A stretch of 64,000 nucleotides of DNA from Candidatus Kapaibacterium sp. (GCA_938084565.1 CALKEU010000001.1:202131-266130); one strand, 5' to 3'. Counted from the first letter of the stretch, positions 46,908-56,285 are shown. The notes: a model not told the origin generated them from the sequence alone. Numbers and translations: made by a program.

Positions 46908-48788
46908 TTAACGCAGCACCACGATTGGTTCGAGCTCTCGGATACCTGTTGGACCTTCAATCCGGCACATATACATGCCCGGGCTGACCCGCTCGCCGAG
47001 CCCGTTCGTCCCATCCCACTCTACCTCGTAGGAACCGCTCGAATACTCCGCATCAGCAAGTGTCCGTACATAGCGGCCCATGGCGTCATAGAGGAGCACC
47101 CGATATCGCCCCGCCTCCGGTACATGGAGTCGGATGGCTGTCCGATCAATAACGGGGTTGGGGGCAACATGGCCTACCGTCGTCGGAGCTGCTGTGACAG
47201 CCAGCGGCACTACGAGCTCAGGCAGCTCTTCGTCATTCAAGCGGACATTGCTTACCCGCAGCTGAGCATCTTCTACGCGCAGCGTCACATACAGTATCGG
47301 CTCCCCCGCCTCACACTCTATCACACCCGCAATCGCCATACGCCCAGCGTCGTAGGCAACCGTCAGCCTGTCTGCAAAGCGCGGTGCAATCTCAACTCCA
47401 CTGATGACCCCATTGAATTGTACTCGAATACCCAGTGCTCCTGCCCAGGCTCCGTTGAGGGCGATGGGGAAGCGATATACTCCAGGAGCACTACTGTGCG
47501 GTTGCGCAATGTGGAGATTCGAGGCAATACCTGCAGCTGCTGCCCCCCGACCGTATGGTGGGAGTACTGTCAAATCCAGCAGCCACGGCAGATACGGCAC
47601 ACGGCCCGCCATGTAGAGCATGATGATGGCTGCATCATACTCCGTAGCCTCGAAAAAGAGAATAGGATCACCTCCAACATAGGGGAGCGAGTTATCCTGT
47701 GGGAGGTCCTGCCAGTAGTAGAGCGATCGTGTCGGTATAGCGCGTCGATGGTAGGCTGTATCAGCTGTATTGTTCCAGTTGCGTGTAGAGTAGTAGTAGC
47801 GCCCGTTGTGGTTGACGTCTCCATGGTATGCCTGGCGCCCTTTGAGGCTATCGAGACGCCGATCTGTTGCTACAGAGCGCAGGATGAGCATTACATCGTT
47901 CACTGTCACAAACCGGTCTTGTCCCATCCCGGTGTGCTTTCCCACTTGGGAGAAGTCTACATCTCCGTCGCCCCACCCTTCCAGGAAGAGCCGAGGGATG
48001 GCATTGAAGCGAATAACTGTATCACTTCCCCCCGAAGGTTGCCATGTGCTACTCAATACCGTAGAGGTAAGTGCCTGATTGACATCGCCAGTGAAGACCA
48101 AGCCATTCAGATAGTCACCAAATCCCCCCTTGATACCAATCGCTGCACCCTGTACCTGAACTGGTCCCCCCGAGGCCGTCAAACCGTAAGCAAACTCAAT
48201 ATCACCCTGGAAATTCCCCGGCCGCGAAGATTCATACAGCCACACTTGGAAACTGGCGATACTGGATGGCAACGACGGGTTGTTAATGTTCAAATCCCTC
48301 CACTCCACCACGAACGCCCGATTCGGGGCTGATCCCACCACTTTGTACGAGATCCGCGAAGGAACGTACCCCGGTTGAGTCGTCCGATAGTAATGGTCAC
48401 CCCAGAAGGGGGCAATGACGTTGAAAGGTTCAGAATTGACGAAGAGCCGCCCCGGAATATTCCCGCCCGTTAACGGAGGAGTCTCCCCGGTACGTAGCAA
48501 CAAGACGAATCCATTGACAGAGATTGCTAGTCTGCTGTACCGATAGCCCTGATACTCGAAGAGGAAAGGGAGTGCCACAATGGCGTAGCCGTCATTGTGA
48601 TCAGGGTTCCCGGTTGCTGGATCTACGAACTGGTCCGCATCCAGCACCGTTGCTCCCGCCAGCAAGGTAAAGGGTTTTCCTCCGACTTTGACAGCAGGCT
48701 GGAACTCGGCATAAACCTGGGATCTTGCGGCAATTGCACCGCTGAGCAGTAACGCCACAACACCCCCGATCAGCGTCAGCATTCTCAT
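46908..48788 (-). CDS. T9SS-secreted protein with dockerin-like Ca-binding loop motifs
   Basis: Signal peptide MRMLTLIGGVVALLLSGAIAARSQ (ATG at 48786-48788 preceded by GAGGAGA). It has two dockerin-like segments, GDGDVDFSQVG...VTVNDVMLILRSVA and GDVNHNGRYYYS...TADTAYHRRAI. The C-terminal CTD is YRVLLYDAMGRYVRTL...GMYMCRIEGPTGIRELEPIVVLR. Confidence 0.6.
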   Translation of the reverse strand: MRMLTLIGGVVALLLSGAIAARSQVYAEFQPAVKVGGKPFTLLAGATVLDADQFVDPATGNPDHNDGYAIVALPFLFEYQGYRYSRLAISVNGFVLLLRTGETPPLTGGNIPGRLFVNSEPFNVIAPFWGDHYYRTTQPGYVPSRISYKVVGSAPNRAFVVEWRDLNINNPSLPSSIASFQVWLYESSRPGNFQGDIEFAYGLTASGGPVQVQGAAIGIKGGFGDYLNGLVFTGDVNQALTSTVLSSTWQPSGGSDTVIRFNAIPRLFLEGWGDGDVDFSQVGKHTGMGQDRFVTVNDVMLILRSVATDRRLDSLKGRQAYHGDVNHNGRYYYSTRNWNNTADTAYHRRAIPTRSLYYWQDLPQDNSLPYVGGDPILFFEATEYDAAIIMLYMAGRVPYLPWLLDLTVLPPYGRGAAAAGIASNLHIAQPHSSAPGVYRFPIALNGAWAGALGIRVQFNGVISGVEIAPRFADRLTVAYDAGRMAIAGVIECEAGEPILYVTLRVEDAQLRVSNVRLNDEELPELVVPLAVTAAPTTVGHVAPNPVIDRTAIRLHVPEAGRYRVLLYDAMGRYVRTLADAEYSSGSYEVEWDGTNGLGERVSPGMYMCRIEGPTGIRELEPIVVLR

Positions 48789-48838
48789 CGTCTCCTCATC
48801 CGCGTGTGAGACCTGTTTGTTCTTGTCACACAAGGAGA

Positions 48839-48872
48839 GGGAGCTTTCCTGCCTGTCAGGCAGGAAGCTCCC
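48839..48872 (-). terminator. intergenic stem-loop (14-bp stem, 5-nt loop) 10 nt downstream of the 2208-aa gene stop; candidate intrinsic terminator/attenuator or RNA-stabilising hairpin
   Basis: GGGAGCTTTCCTGCC-TGTCA-GGCAGGAAGCTCCC forms a near-perfect inverted repeat with one bulged T. On the minus-strand transcript it is followed by CUCUCCUUGUGUG, which is only moderately U-rich. Confidence 0.45.
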
Positions 48873-48881
48873 CCACTCTTA

Positions 48882-51800
48882 TTACCGCACTAGGACCATT
48901 GGCTGGACGAGCACCACGTCGCCAGCAGTGATCCGGTAGTAGTACACACCACTGGGGACTTCTACACCGTTAGCGCTTCTTCCGTTCCACGGTACAATGT
49001 ACTCGTTAGCCGGGTAGAAGCCCTCCAGCAGCGTAGCAACCTGCGTACCGAGAGCATCGTACACTTCGAGCCGTATAGTAGCTGGCTCCGTCAGGCGGAA
49101 GCGAATCTGAGTTGTCTGCTCAAATGGATTAGGAGTATTTCCGAGCAGCTGCACTGGACCAGCCGCAGCAGCCACCGGCTCGGGCACATCGCTAATGAAG
49201 TCATACACGATCACAAAGTTCGTGACGGCGTCGGTGTAAATGACAACCGAAAGCGAGTCGCCATTCCGCTCTAGGGTCACTGTGGGCACCGAACGTCCTT
49301 CACCCGTGCGCATATTGAAGCTAAAGATGTTCCCGTTGGAGGCGCCGTCACGGATATACCACGTCGACCCAGCAGGGTTACGCGCGGCATCGTTCCGGTC
49401 AGGAACATCTTGAGCACTCCACGTGATGCGCACAGGATACGCATCAGAGGCATTGCCGGTGACACTTCCCGCCTGGAAGCGCCCTTTGTAGATCGATTGC
49501 CCTTCAACACCAGCAACCGCCCGCGGAAAGATATTCCGCACCGTTCCATTCGTAGAAGCAATACTCCACCGAGCGTCGAAGACGTCGTTGGGTGGGATCG
49601 GCGGCAGCTCGTACTCGCAGTAGTTGGAATCCAACTTCCCGACGCCACCACGGTTCGGATCATCACCGGTGGTTGCCAGCGGCGCTGTTCCCCATTCGAG
49701 TACCTGGAAGGCCCCGAAGCGATTGCTAATCCGCATTGGGACAATGAAGTCTGTCGGATCGGACACGTTCAGCTTGTAGGAGATCTCGTGTTGTGCTCCC
49801 TGCCGATCCACGACTCGAACGCGGACGGTAACCTTGCCATCGGGCCCTGGGGTGGCATTCAGAGCTGCCGTGCTAATCAAAACCTTGACTGTATCGGAGG
49901 ACTGGGGACCGCTAATTGTAGCCGGGCTAACCTGGAAGCCCGCAGGCTCGACCACCTCGATTGTCAGCTGCTCGAGGGCATCCGGCGGCTCCCGACGCAG
50001 GAGATCACGGTCGATCACCAGAATGCTATCCACATAGGGTTTCCCAAGCTCAACACATCTTACTGCCGGCAGCTGTGCCAGCCGTGGCGGATGGTTTACT
50101 GCCCGCACATTGAGGTCGAGCACCTTCACGTGTGTCAGTCCGTACTCGTCCGTAACCAGAACGGTTACCTTCTCTCGACGCGGCGCATCGTAGACCCCTG
50201 GAGTGCCAAAGAGAAGCCCGCTGACCGGATCGATCTGGAGCCACCGCGGGGTGGTCTTCTTGTCGCGCAGATCCCACGCACCCGCCTCGGGGAAGCATGG
50301 ATCGCGTGGGACAAAATCACGTGGATCGCCGGGATAAATCAGCTCAAATTGATGTGCCTGCCCAAAGTTCGGATCGTACACGACTATGCGACGACTCGAA
50401 TCCAGCAGCGTCGGATTGTAGTCCTGGTCCTCTATGGCATCCGGCAGCGTAGAGGTGAGGATGGTGGGAGCTACGTTGACGAGAACTCGCCGCGTTAGAT
50501 AGTTGACTCCACCATGGCCATCATTCACTACGATGGAGACAACCGTGTCGGTGTTGAGTGCCCCATGGTGTTGCATTGGGGGTGTCAGCAGTTGCCATGC
50601 AGTGGCAGAATCAATCCTCACATTGAGCTGCCCACGGAGGCTGAAGTCGATCGCTAATGGATCGGGCTGCCCACTGTTATCGTAGCGCCGTAGGTACTGG
50701 TTGCTCATCCACACCGGACGTACCTGCGTTGCAGGCTCAACGACTGTATCTGGCGGCACATCCCGCAGACTAATCGAGGCAAAGCCATAGGTTGTGCGCC
50801 CATAGCGGAAGTCCCATCCACGAGCACCAGCGTCAGCATCTTCGAGCTCGTCATCGGTATCGATGTCAACTTTAAAGCGGAGGCTATCAGTCAAGTTCGC
50901 AAGCCAAACACCGTTTCGTTCGCAGGCTACGTTGAAGCCTGTAAACTGCGGCGTACTGTCGATGACGAAGATCCGGAACTGGTACGTCACCGTCGTCGCC
51001 CCCGTGTTACCATAGTCCACGGTATCCTGCTGCAAGAACCGAGCATTGCTGCCGTCGTACGCTTGCGCATTGAAGTACGGCGGATAGAGGTAGATGTACT
51101 TTGCGATGACCTCCTCACTCAGCCCAGCAGCCTTCAGGGAGTCAACGGTTCGGGCGCTGGGCGGGAAGTTGCGGACAGCCACCGTGACGATTTCTCCACC
51201 GGGAACCACAAACGGGTTTGTCGGTCGGCCCTTGAGCACAACGTAGCCTCGCGCTCCATAGTACGGACCAAACGTTGCCGGGAGCGTATCGGCCTGGAGC
51301 CAGTAGGAAAGCCCCGAACCAGGTGCAACACTCCAGAAGTACGCAAGCTGCGGATACCGATCGGGGAACATGACCGACCGCGGGTCATAGAAGAGGTTCG
51401 GGTCTACCGCAGTAATGGTAAAGATGGAATCCCGCCCTGGCCCCGTCGGCTGACGCGGATAGCTTACATCCTCAGTCAGGAAGATCATATTCCGCAACTC
51501 CGGTGGCGTGATATTCTCCAACGCCACCTTGTTCCCCGTGAACACTGGCGGGTCAACTGTTGCTCCTACCTCAAAGATGAGTGCTCCATTGATTGCATCC
51601 GCAACCGTCCCCTGCCACAGAACTGTACGGGAAACAACGGCAACGACATCACCGACTCGTACCGGAAGCGCATTGTACCGTTCGCCGGCAAATACTGTAA
51701 CCTTCTGAGGGCTAATTGCCCCATCGGTGGGGAGAATACGATTGACATACCCAAAGCCGGGGCCCCCCAACTCATTGACAAAGCCCTCATATTTCCGCCC

Positions 51801-54800
51801 TTGCAAAGCCGCTAGATCCTCAATGTCCGGCCGCCTCTGGAGTGCAGCAAGAATTGCTCCCAAGTTCGTCCCAATGTTGGCCAGCCCCTCGATCGTGCGC
51901 CGATCGGTCGGGCGGCGGTTTACAGAATCGGGAACTAGCTCGACACGTGCACGGAAGACCTCGTTCGTTGCTCCTATCTGGCGCAGATTGACCCGGATGT
52001 AGTCACCCGTGCTGGTATTGATGACAAAGAAGACCGTCTCGTTGATCGCTCGCGGGTCATTGTTATTGAGCTCTGCTGACCCTGTGTAATTAGCACGGGC
52101 TTCAAGGAAGAGCGGATAGCCGATCGGATGTTTCGTGCCGCGGAATTCTGTCTGCAGGGCAGCAATGTTCGGGTCAGCCTCTGCATCGAAGGGATTCCGG
52201 GTCCACCGCCGGACGTACTTCCCGAAGGAAGGCAGCGTGGGATCATTATATGTCCGCAGGGTTTTGGGAATACCGACGGCGAAGTCCTCGATTGGCGACA
52301 TCCGCCGGTTGGAGTAGTCCGCCGTCTTGATATCGGTCCCTTTGTCGAAGATATCGTAGATGTGCCCCTGCATCAGCAACCGCTCAGGGATACTCGCTGG
52401 GTCAGGTGTATTCTCATCCCCTGCGTTCAAAACCGGGATCGGGATATAGGTGTAAAGGTGTCGCGACTCAAAGGGGCCCTGATTCTTCCCCGTACCTCCA
52501 CGCACGAAGCCAAGCTGTCGCGTGCCGTCCCCAGCGACAAAGAAGGTCTCCTGCGTACGCCCACTGACAGGCAAAATCGTCACCACGTTGGCTTCGGTCC
52601 GTCCCCAGTAATTGCCCCGGAGCGTATCGATCCCACCCATGCCAACGCCAGTCCCTGCTCGGCCTCCCTTCGTATCGGGATAGTCCGGCAGGCGGATGAG
52701 AAACCGCGCCGCGTTATCGTAGATAGAGTTTGCAGCCCAGTGATAGCTTGCGTACGGCAGCGGTCCCACTACGTCACCATATAGAATTGCCCCCGCCAGG
52801 TCACTCGAGGCGAGATTTGTCCCCTGCACCAATGGCCCTGTAATGGCATTCTGCTGGGCGCCTATGTCAGAGGTCGCCGTGTTGTTCGTAATCAGGCTTC
52901 GCGTAAAGACCAACTGCAGATTGTAATTGTCCGAGTAGATTGCCGCACCGGTATAGGCACGGTTACCCTGAATGCGCACTCGGTTGAAGAAGACAGAATC
53001 TGTCCGCCCTGCACGGCTAATACTCACCTCGTCGAGCACGTAAATAGCTCCACCGAGCCCTGTGCCGTTCTCCCGCAAGGTTGTCCCCGGGTGCTGACGC
53101 CGAATGTCTCCAATCTGCGTCGTCCCCGATCCCATCTGCGCCATGTTCGGGATAGCTTCATTGTCAAAGAAGCGAGTCAGCATCCGCACATCCGCCACCG
53201 GTGCTCCGGGCGTCCACGTAAAGATGTCATCTCGAGAGCTAAACCCAACAGCCACCCCGTTCGGGAGAACAGTGATGTTATCGACATCAGTCAAGAAGAA
53301 CCGATGCGAGGACGTCTGAGGATGCACGATACAGACGGCACCACCGTTGCCATTATAGGCCTTATTAGCCCTGAACTCAACTCCTTTGACGACATTGAGA
53401 TCAGCGTTGAGCGTGTAAACGGCCCCACCACCACGCACCTGCGCCTCGTAGCCTTGCTGAACCTGTCCAACGATGTTATTAGTAAATACCGCTCGCACGA
53501 GCCATATATACCGTTGCTCGACGGGCAAACAATTGGGCGGCGGGCAAGGCAGCTGAGCTGCGATAGCACCACCCGAAAAGCCAGCCTCATTGTTGTCAAA
53601 CTCCACCGGATAGTTCCCTCCGTAGAGGGACAGAGGCCCTACCGTACCACCAGCCCCATAGACGGTGAAGTTCTTCCCCGAGAAGATCGCCCCACCGTGC
53701 TCGACAGCACGGTTATTGCGGAACTTGATGTTGTAGCCATAGTTACGCGTGTCAATGAGGGCATCCGAACCACCGATGACGGGCGACGGTCGCGTATCCA
53801 CACCTGCAGCCGCGACATAGATAGCTCCTCCACGCCCCGCTTGGTTATCCACGAAGTACGTCTCCTGGCGTGCCTCGCCTCCCTGGCGTCCGCGCACCTG
53901 GAGCCGACCGGCATTGGTGCCCACATAAATTGCCCCACCATGGGACAGCGCACCAATCTGGGTCGGATCGGTGAAGAAGGGAACCTCAGCCCTATTGCTG
54001 ACGAAGCGTCCACGGACTGTCACCGAGGTCGCCCCACCAACGTAGAGTGCCCCACCGCGTGCCCCTCCAGTATTCGGGTTGTTTTGGAGATTCCTTGCGC
54101 TGTTGCCGTCGAAGAAGACGTAATCATACACGTTCGGAGCCTCGTAGTCGTTTATCCCCAACCCAATCTCTAGCGGGGTTCGCCCAGCGATGTAGACCGC
54201 TCCACCGTAAGCTTGATTCTTCCAGCTCTGAGGCTCTAGAGGAGCAGGGTTATTGAGGTCATCGACGATCGCCCACACACCTGGGGCAATCTGCCGTAGT
54301 TCAACGCTCGAAAGCAGTACGCGGTTCCCCGTAAAGCTCAAATACCGCACCCGCCCCAACAGCACTGCTAGACGAGCATCATCGTAAGCCTGACGATCGC
54401 TGTTGGTCAACGGTTCTGAAGCAGCACTGTAGACTTGATCGATGGCCTTGACTGCTTGGGATATCGGAACCGCGGTTGCATTGTCCGTTAGGTACGGATT
54501 GATAGGGCCGTAATCCGGCAAGGCTGAAATACCCGGTGTCGGGTAAACTCCCGTTCCGACAGGCGCCTGGAGTAACTGGAGCGCCCCTCCCCGGTATCGC
54601 GCCATGTTATTCCGGAACTCGCACAGCAGGAGCCATGTACGCGAGGAGAAGCTCGTGATGACCCCACCGCTGCCGTTAGTCTGCTGGATGAGCTGTGCAT
54701 TCAGGGCGGCAATAGCACCAGTGTTGGGTTGATAGATCGGGAAACGGTCCACCGTCGTATCCTTCCGGAAGTTCTCGAAGACTACGTTCCGGAAGAAGGC

Positions 54801-55466
54801 CGCCCGTGCTCCCGGCAGGATGATGATGTGCCCCCATTCTCGGGAAAAGTTGTTGACCGGACGCCCTCGGAAGGTAATTACACCCTGCGTCACATTGATG
54901 TTCCCGCCCCCCGCACGCCGCCACGGTGTTTGGTTGATATTCGGGTCAGAACCCGCAAAGGCCAGGCGCGCCGCGGCGTACATAATAGCCTTGCCCGGTG
55001 GCAGGTTCTGCAACCGCGGATCTGATCCGAGGTCCACCAAGAATATCTCTCCATACTTGCTTGGGTCAATCGTCGGATCCCCGACAATGGTACTTACAGC
55101 AGCAGCGCTGAAGTAGTTGAGGTCAGCATAGCCTGTGTAACCACATGGGTTGTTGGGATCCACCGGGTTGCAGCCACCAGGGAATTGGTTATAGGTTGCC
55201 GAGACGTATCCATCGGCGATGATGCGGCCGCCTACGGAGTCTATGAGGCGTCCGTTAGGCAGGAACTCCACAATGGTCCCGGGCTCAATGATGAGCGTCC
55301 CGGCAATCATGTATGTCCCGCTGATGCGGTATAGCGTATCCTTCAGGAAAATCCGGACCTCATTTGGGCCCAGACGCCCACTGACTTCCACAACGGGCAG
55401 CTGCGCACGGCTTACACCTGCAGCCAGGATCCCCACAAGAGCGACAAGGTGCAACCACCGCTTCAT
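48882..55466 (-). CDS. giant (about 2190-aa mature) T9SS-secreted parallel beta-helix protein with Pmp-type (GGAI / FxxN) repeats and cadherin/Ig-like domains
   Basis: Signal peptide MKRWLHLVALVGILAAGVSRAQ (ATG at 55464-55466, 4 nt after GGAGGAA). It has many GGA[IVL]Y/F..N repeats (HGGAIYVGTNAG, RGGAIYVAAAG, EHGGAIFSGKNF, FSGGAIAAQ, GLGGAIYVLDE). The C-terminal CTD is IRLEVYDALGTQVATLLEGFYPANEYIVPWNGRSANGVEVPSGVYYYRITAGDVVLVQPMVLVR. Confidence 0.7.
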   Translation of the reverse strand: MKRWLHLVALVGILAAGVSRAQLPVVEVSGRLGPNEVRIFLKDTLYRISGTYMIAGTLIIEPGTIVEFLPNGRLIDSVGGRIIADGYVSATYNQFPGGCNPVDPNNPCGYTGYADLNYFSAAAVSTIVGDPTIDPSKYGEIFLVDLGSDPRLQNLPPGKAIMYAAARLAFAGSDPNINQTPWRRAGGGNINVTQGVITFRGRPVNNFSREWGHIIILPGARAAFFRNVVFENFRKDTTVDRFPIYQPNTGAIAALNAQLIQQTNGSGGVITSFSSRTWLLLCEFRNNMARYRGGALQLLQAPVGTGVYPTPGISALPDYGPINPYLTDNATAVPISQAVKAIDQVYSAASEPLTNSDRQAYDDARLAVLLGRVRYLSFTGNRVLLSSVELRQIAPGVWAIVDDLNNPAPLEPQSWKNQAYGGAVYIAGRTPLEIGLGINDYEAPNVYDYVFFDGNSARNLQNNPNTGGARGGALYVGGATSVTVRGRFVSNRAEVPFFTDPTQIGALSHGGAIYVGTNAGRLQVRGRQGGEARQETYFVDNQAGRGGAIYVAAAGVDTRPSPVIGGSDALIDTRNYGYNIKFRNNRAVEHGGAIFSGKNFTVYGAGGTVGPLSLYGGNYPVEFDNNEAGFSGGAIAAQLPCPPPNCLPVEQRYIWLVRAVFTNNIVGQVQQGYEAQVRGGGAVYTLNADLNVVKGVEFRANKAYNGNGGAVCIVHPQTSSHRFFLTDVDNITVLPNGVAVGFSSRDDIFTWTPGAPVADVRMLTRFFDNEAIPNMAQMGSGTTQIGDIRRQHPGTTLRENGTGLGGAIYVLDEVSISRAGRTDSVFFNRVRIQGNRAYTGAAIYSDNYNLQLVFTRSLITNNTATSDIGAQQNAITGPLVQGTNLASSDLAGAILYGDVVGPLPYASYHWAANSIYDNAARFLIRLPDYPDTKGGRAGTGVGMGGIDTLRGNYWGRTEANVVTILPVSGRTQETFFVAGDGTRQLGFVRGGTGKNQGPFESRHLYTYIPIPVLNAGDENTPDPASIPERLLMQGHIYDIFDKGTDIKTADYSNRRMSPIEDFAVGIPKTLRTYNDPTLPSFGKYVRRWTRNPFDAEADPNIAALQTEFRGTKHPIGYPLFLEARANYTGSAELNNNDPRAINETVFFVINTSTGDYIRVNLRQIGATNEVFRARVELVPDSVNRRPTDRRTIEGLANIGTNLGAILAALQRRPDIEDLAALQGRKYEGFVNELGGPGFGYVNRILPTDGAISPQKVTVFAGERYNALPVRVGDVVAVVSRTVLWQGTVADAINGALIFEVGATVDPPVFTGNKVALENITPPELRNMIFLTEDVSYPRQPTGPGRDSIFTITAVDPNLFYDPRSVMFPDRYPQLAYFWSVAPGSGLSYWLQADTLPATFGPYYGARGYVVLKGRPTNPFVVPGGEIVTVAVRNFPPSARTVDSLKAAGLSEEVIAKYIYLYPPYFNAQAYDGSNARFLQQDTVDYGNTGATTVTYQFRIFVIDSTPQFTGFNVACERNGVWLANLTDSLRFKVDIDTDDELEDADAGARGWDFRYGRTTYGFASISLRDVPPDTVVEPATQVRPVWMSNQYLRRYDNSGQPDPLAIDFSLRGQLNVRIDSATAWQLLTPPMQHHGALNTDTVVSIVVNDGHGGVNYLTRRVLVNVAPTILTSTLPDAIEDQDYNPTLLDSSRRIVVYDPNFGQAHQFELIYPGDPRDFVPRDPCFPEAGAWDLRDKKTTPRWLQIDPVSGLLFGTPGVYDAPRREKVTVLVTDEYGLTHVKVLDLNVRAVNHPPRLAQLPAVRCVELGKPYVDSILVIDRDLLRREPPDALEQLTIEVVEPAGFQVSPATISGPQSSDTVKVLISTAALNATPGPDGKVTVRVRVVDRQGAQHEISYKLNVSDPTDFIVPMRISNRFGAFQVLEWGTAPLATTGDDPNRGGVGKLDSNYCEYELPPIPPNDVFDARWSIASTNGTVRNIFPRAVAGVEGQSIYKGRFQAGSVTGNASDAYPVRITWSAQDVPDRNDAARNPAGSTWYIRDGASNGNIFSFNMRTGEGRSVPTVTLERNGDSLSVVIYTDAVTNFVIVYDFISDVPEPVAAAAGPVQLLGNTPNPFEQTTQIRFRLTEPATIRLEVYDALGTQVATLLEGFYPANEYIVPWNGRSANGVEVPSGVYYYRITAGDVVLVQPMVLVR

Positions 55467-55537
55467 GATTCCTCCACCACCTAGAGACCACTTGTCAGAA
55501 GAGTGCATGAGTTCACCACAGCTTGGACGAACATATA

Positions 55538-56263
55538 CTATTCAACGGCTGTGCCAAGGCGAGCAAGGCCTGCTTTAGCCTCACCCGCAAAGTCCGAGAA
55601 TTCATTCTCCTGCAGCAGCTGGCGATATAGCTGCACTGCTTTCTGTGTATTCCCCGCCCGTTCGTAGCAATATGCCGCAAAGAAGCGATACCGCTCTGCT
55701 ATCCCGAGCGGAGCGCCAATAGTGGCAGCCCGCTCGTAGAGCTGGGCGGCTTCCGCCAACTTTCCTTCCTCTTCGGTGCACGCTGCCAATCCCGCATAGG
55801 CGCCAACGAGCACAAGAGGAGCCTTCGCTGTGGCTGCGCGTTCGAAGTACGGACGGGCCTTCGCGATCTCTCCCTGAAGCAGATACGCACTCCCAGCATA
55901 GAAGGCTGCTACTCGGCCTGCTTCCGTGCTGCCGTATTCCTGTACAATCTCTACCAGCCCACGGACTGGCTCATCGCGGATGGTCTTGGCTGTATCACCG
56001 TACAGAGCCCGCTCGTAGTCCCCATTATCGTAGTAGGTAACAACCCGTGCCAGCAGCGTGGCAGCTGTCTCGGCACGCTGCTTCTGGAGGATGTTCCAGT
56101 AGAGGACGCCTCCAATGGCCAGAAGGAGCACAACTGCGGCACCGATTACCTCACGTAGATGCGCTTGCAGCCACAGCTGAAACCGTTCGGCAAGCTTGGG
56201 TTGGAGCTCTATGCTGGCTTGCTGTTGCTCTTGCTCTGTTGTACGCACGGCTTCCTGGTCCAT
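55538..56263 (-). CDS. membrane-anchored TPR protein (YfgM-like)
   Basis: Cytoplasmic N-terminus, a single TM (VIGAAVVLLLAIGGVLYW), then periplasmic TPR-like helices. Confidence 0.55.
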   Translation of the reverse strand: MDQEAVRTTEQEQQQASIELQPKLAERFQLWLQAHLREVIGAAVVLLLAIGGVLYWNILQKQRAETAATLLARVVTYYDNGDYERALYGDTAKTIRDEPVRGLVEIVQEYGSTEAGRVAAFYAGSAYLLQGEIAKARPYFERAATAKAPLVLVGAYAGLAACTEEEGKLAEAAQLYERAATIGAPLGIAERYRFFAAYCYERAGNTQKAVQLYRQLLQENEFSDFAGEAKAGLARLGTAVE

Positions 56264-56285
56264 GCCTGCCTATCCCTGACCCTTG

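Noticed and set aside
47124-48332. 402-aa plus-strand ORF
   Set aside because: Antisense to the 641-aa T9SS cargo gene, which has a signal peptide, a CTD and an SD and so is the real gene
49410-50498. 362-aa plus-strand ORF
   Set aside because: Antisense inside the 2208-aa gene; a high-GC artefact. The same applies to the 360-aa ORF at 53091-54173, the 250-aa ORF at 51063-51815 and the 218-aa ORF at 52128-52784.
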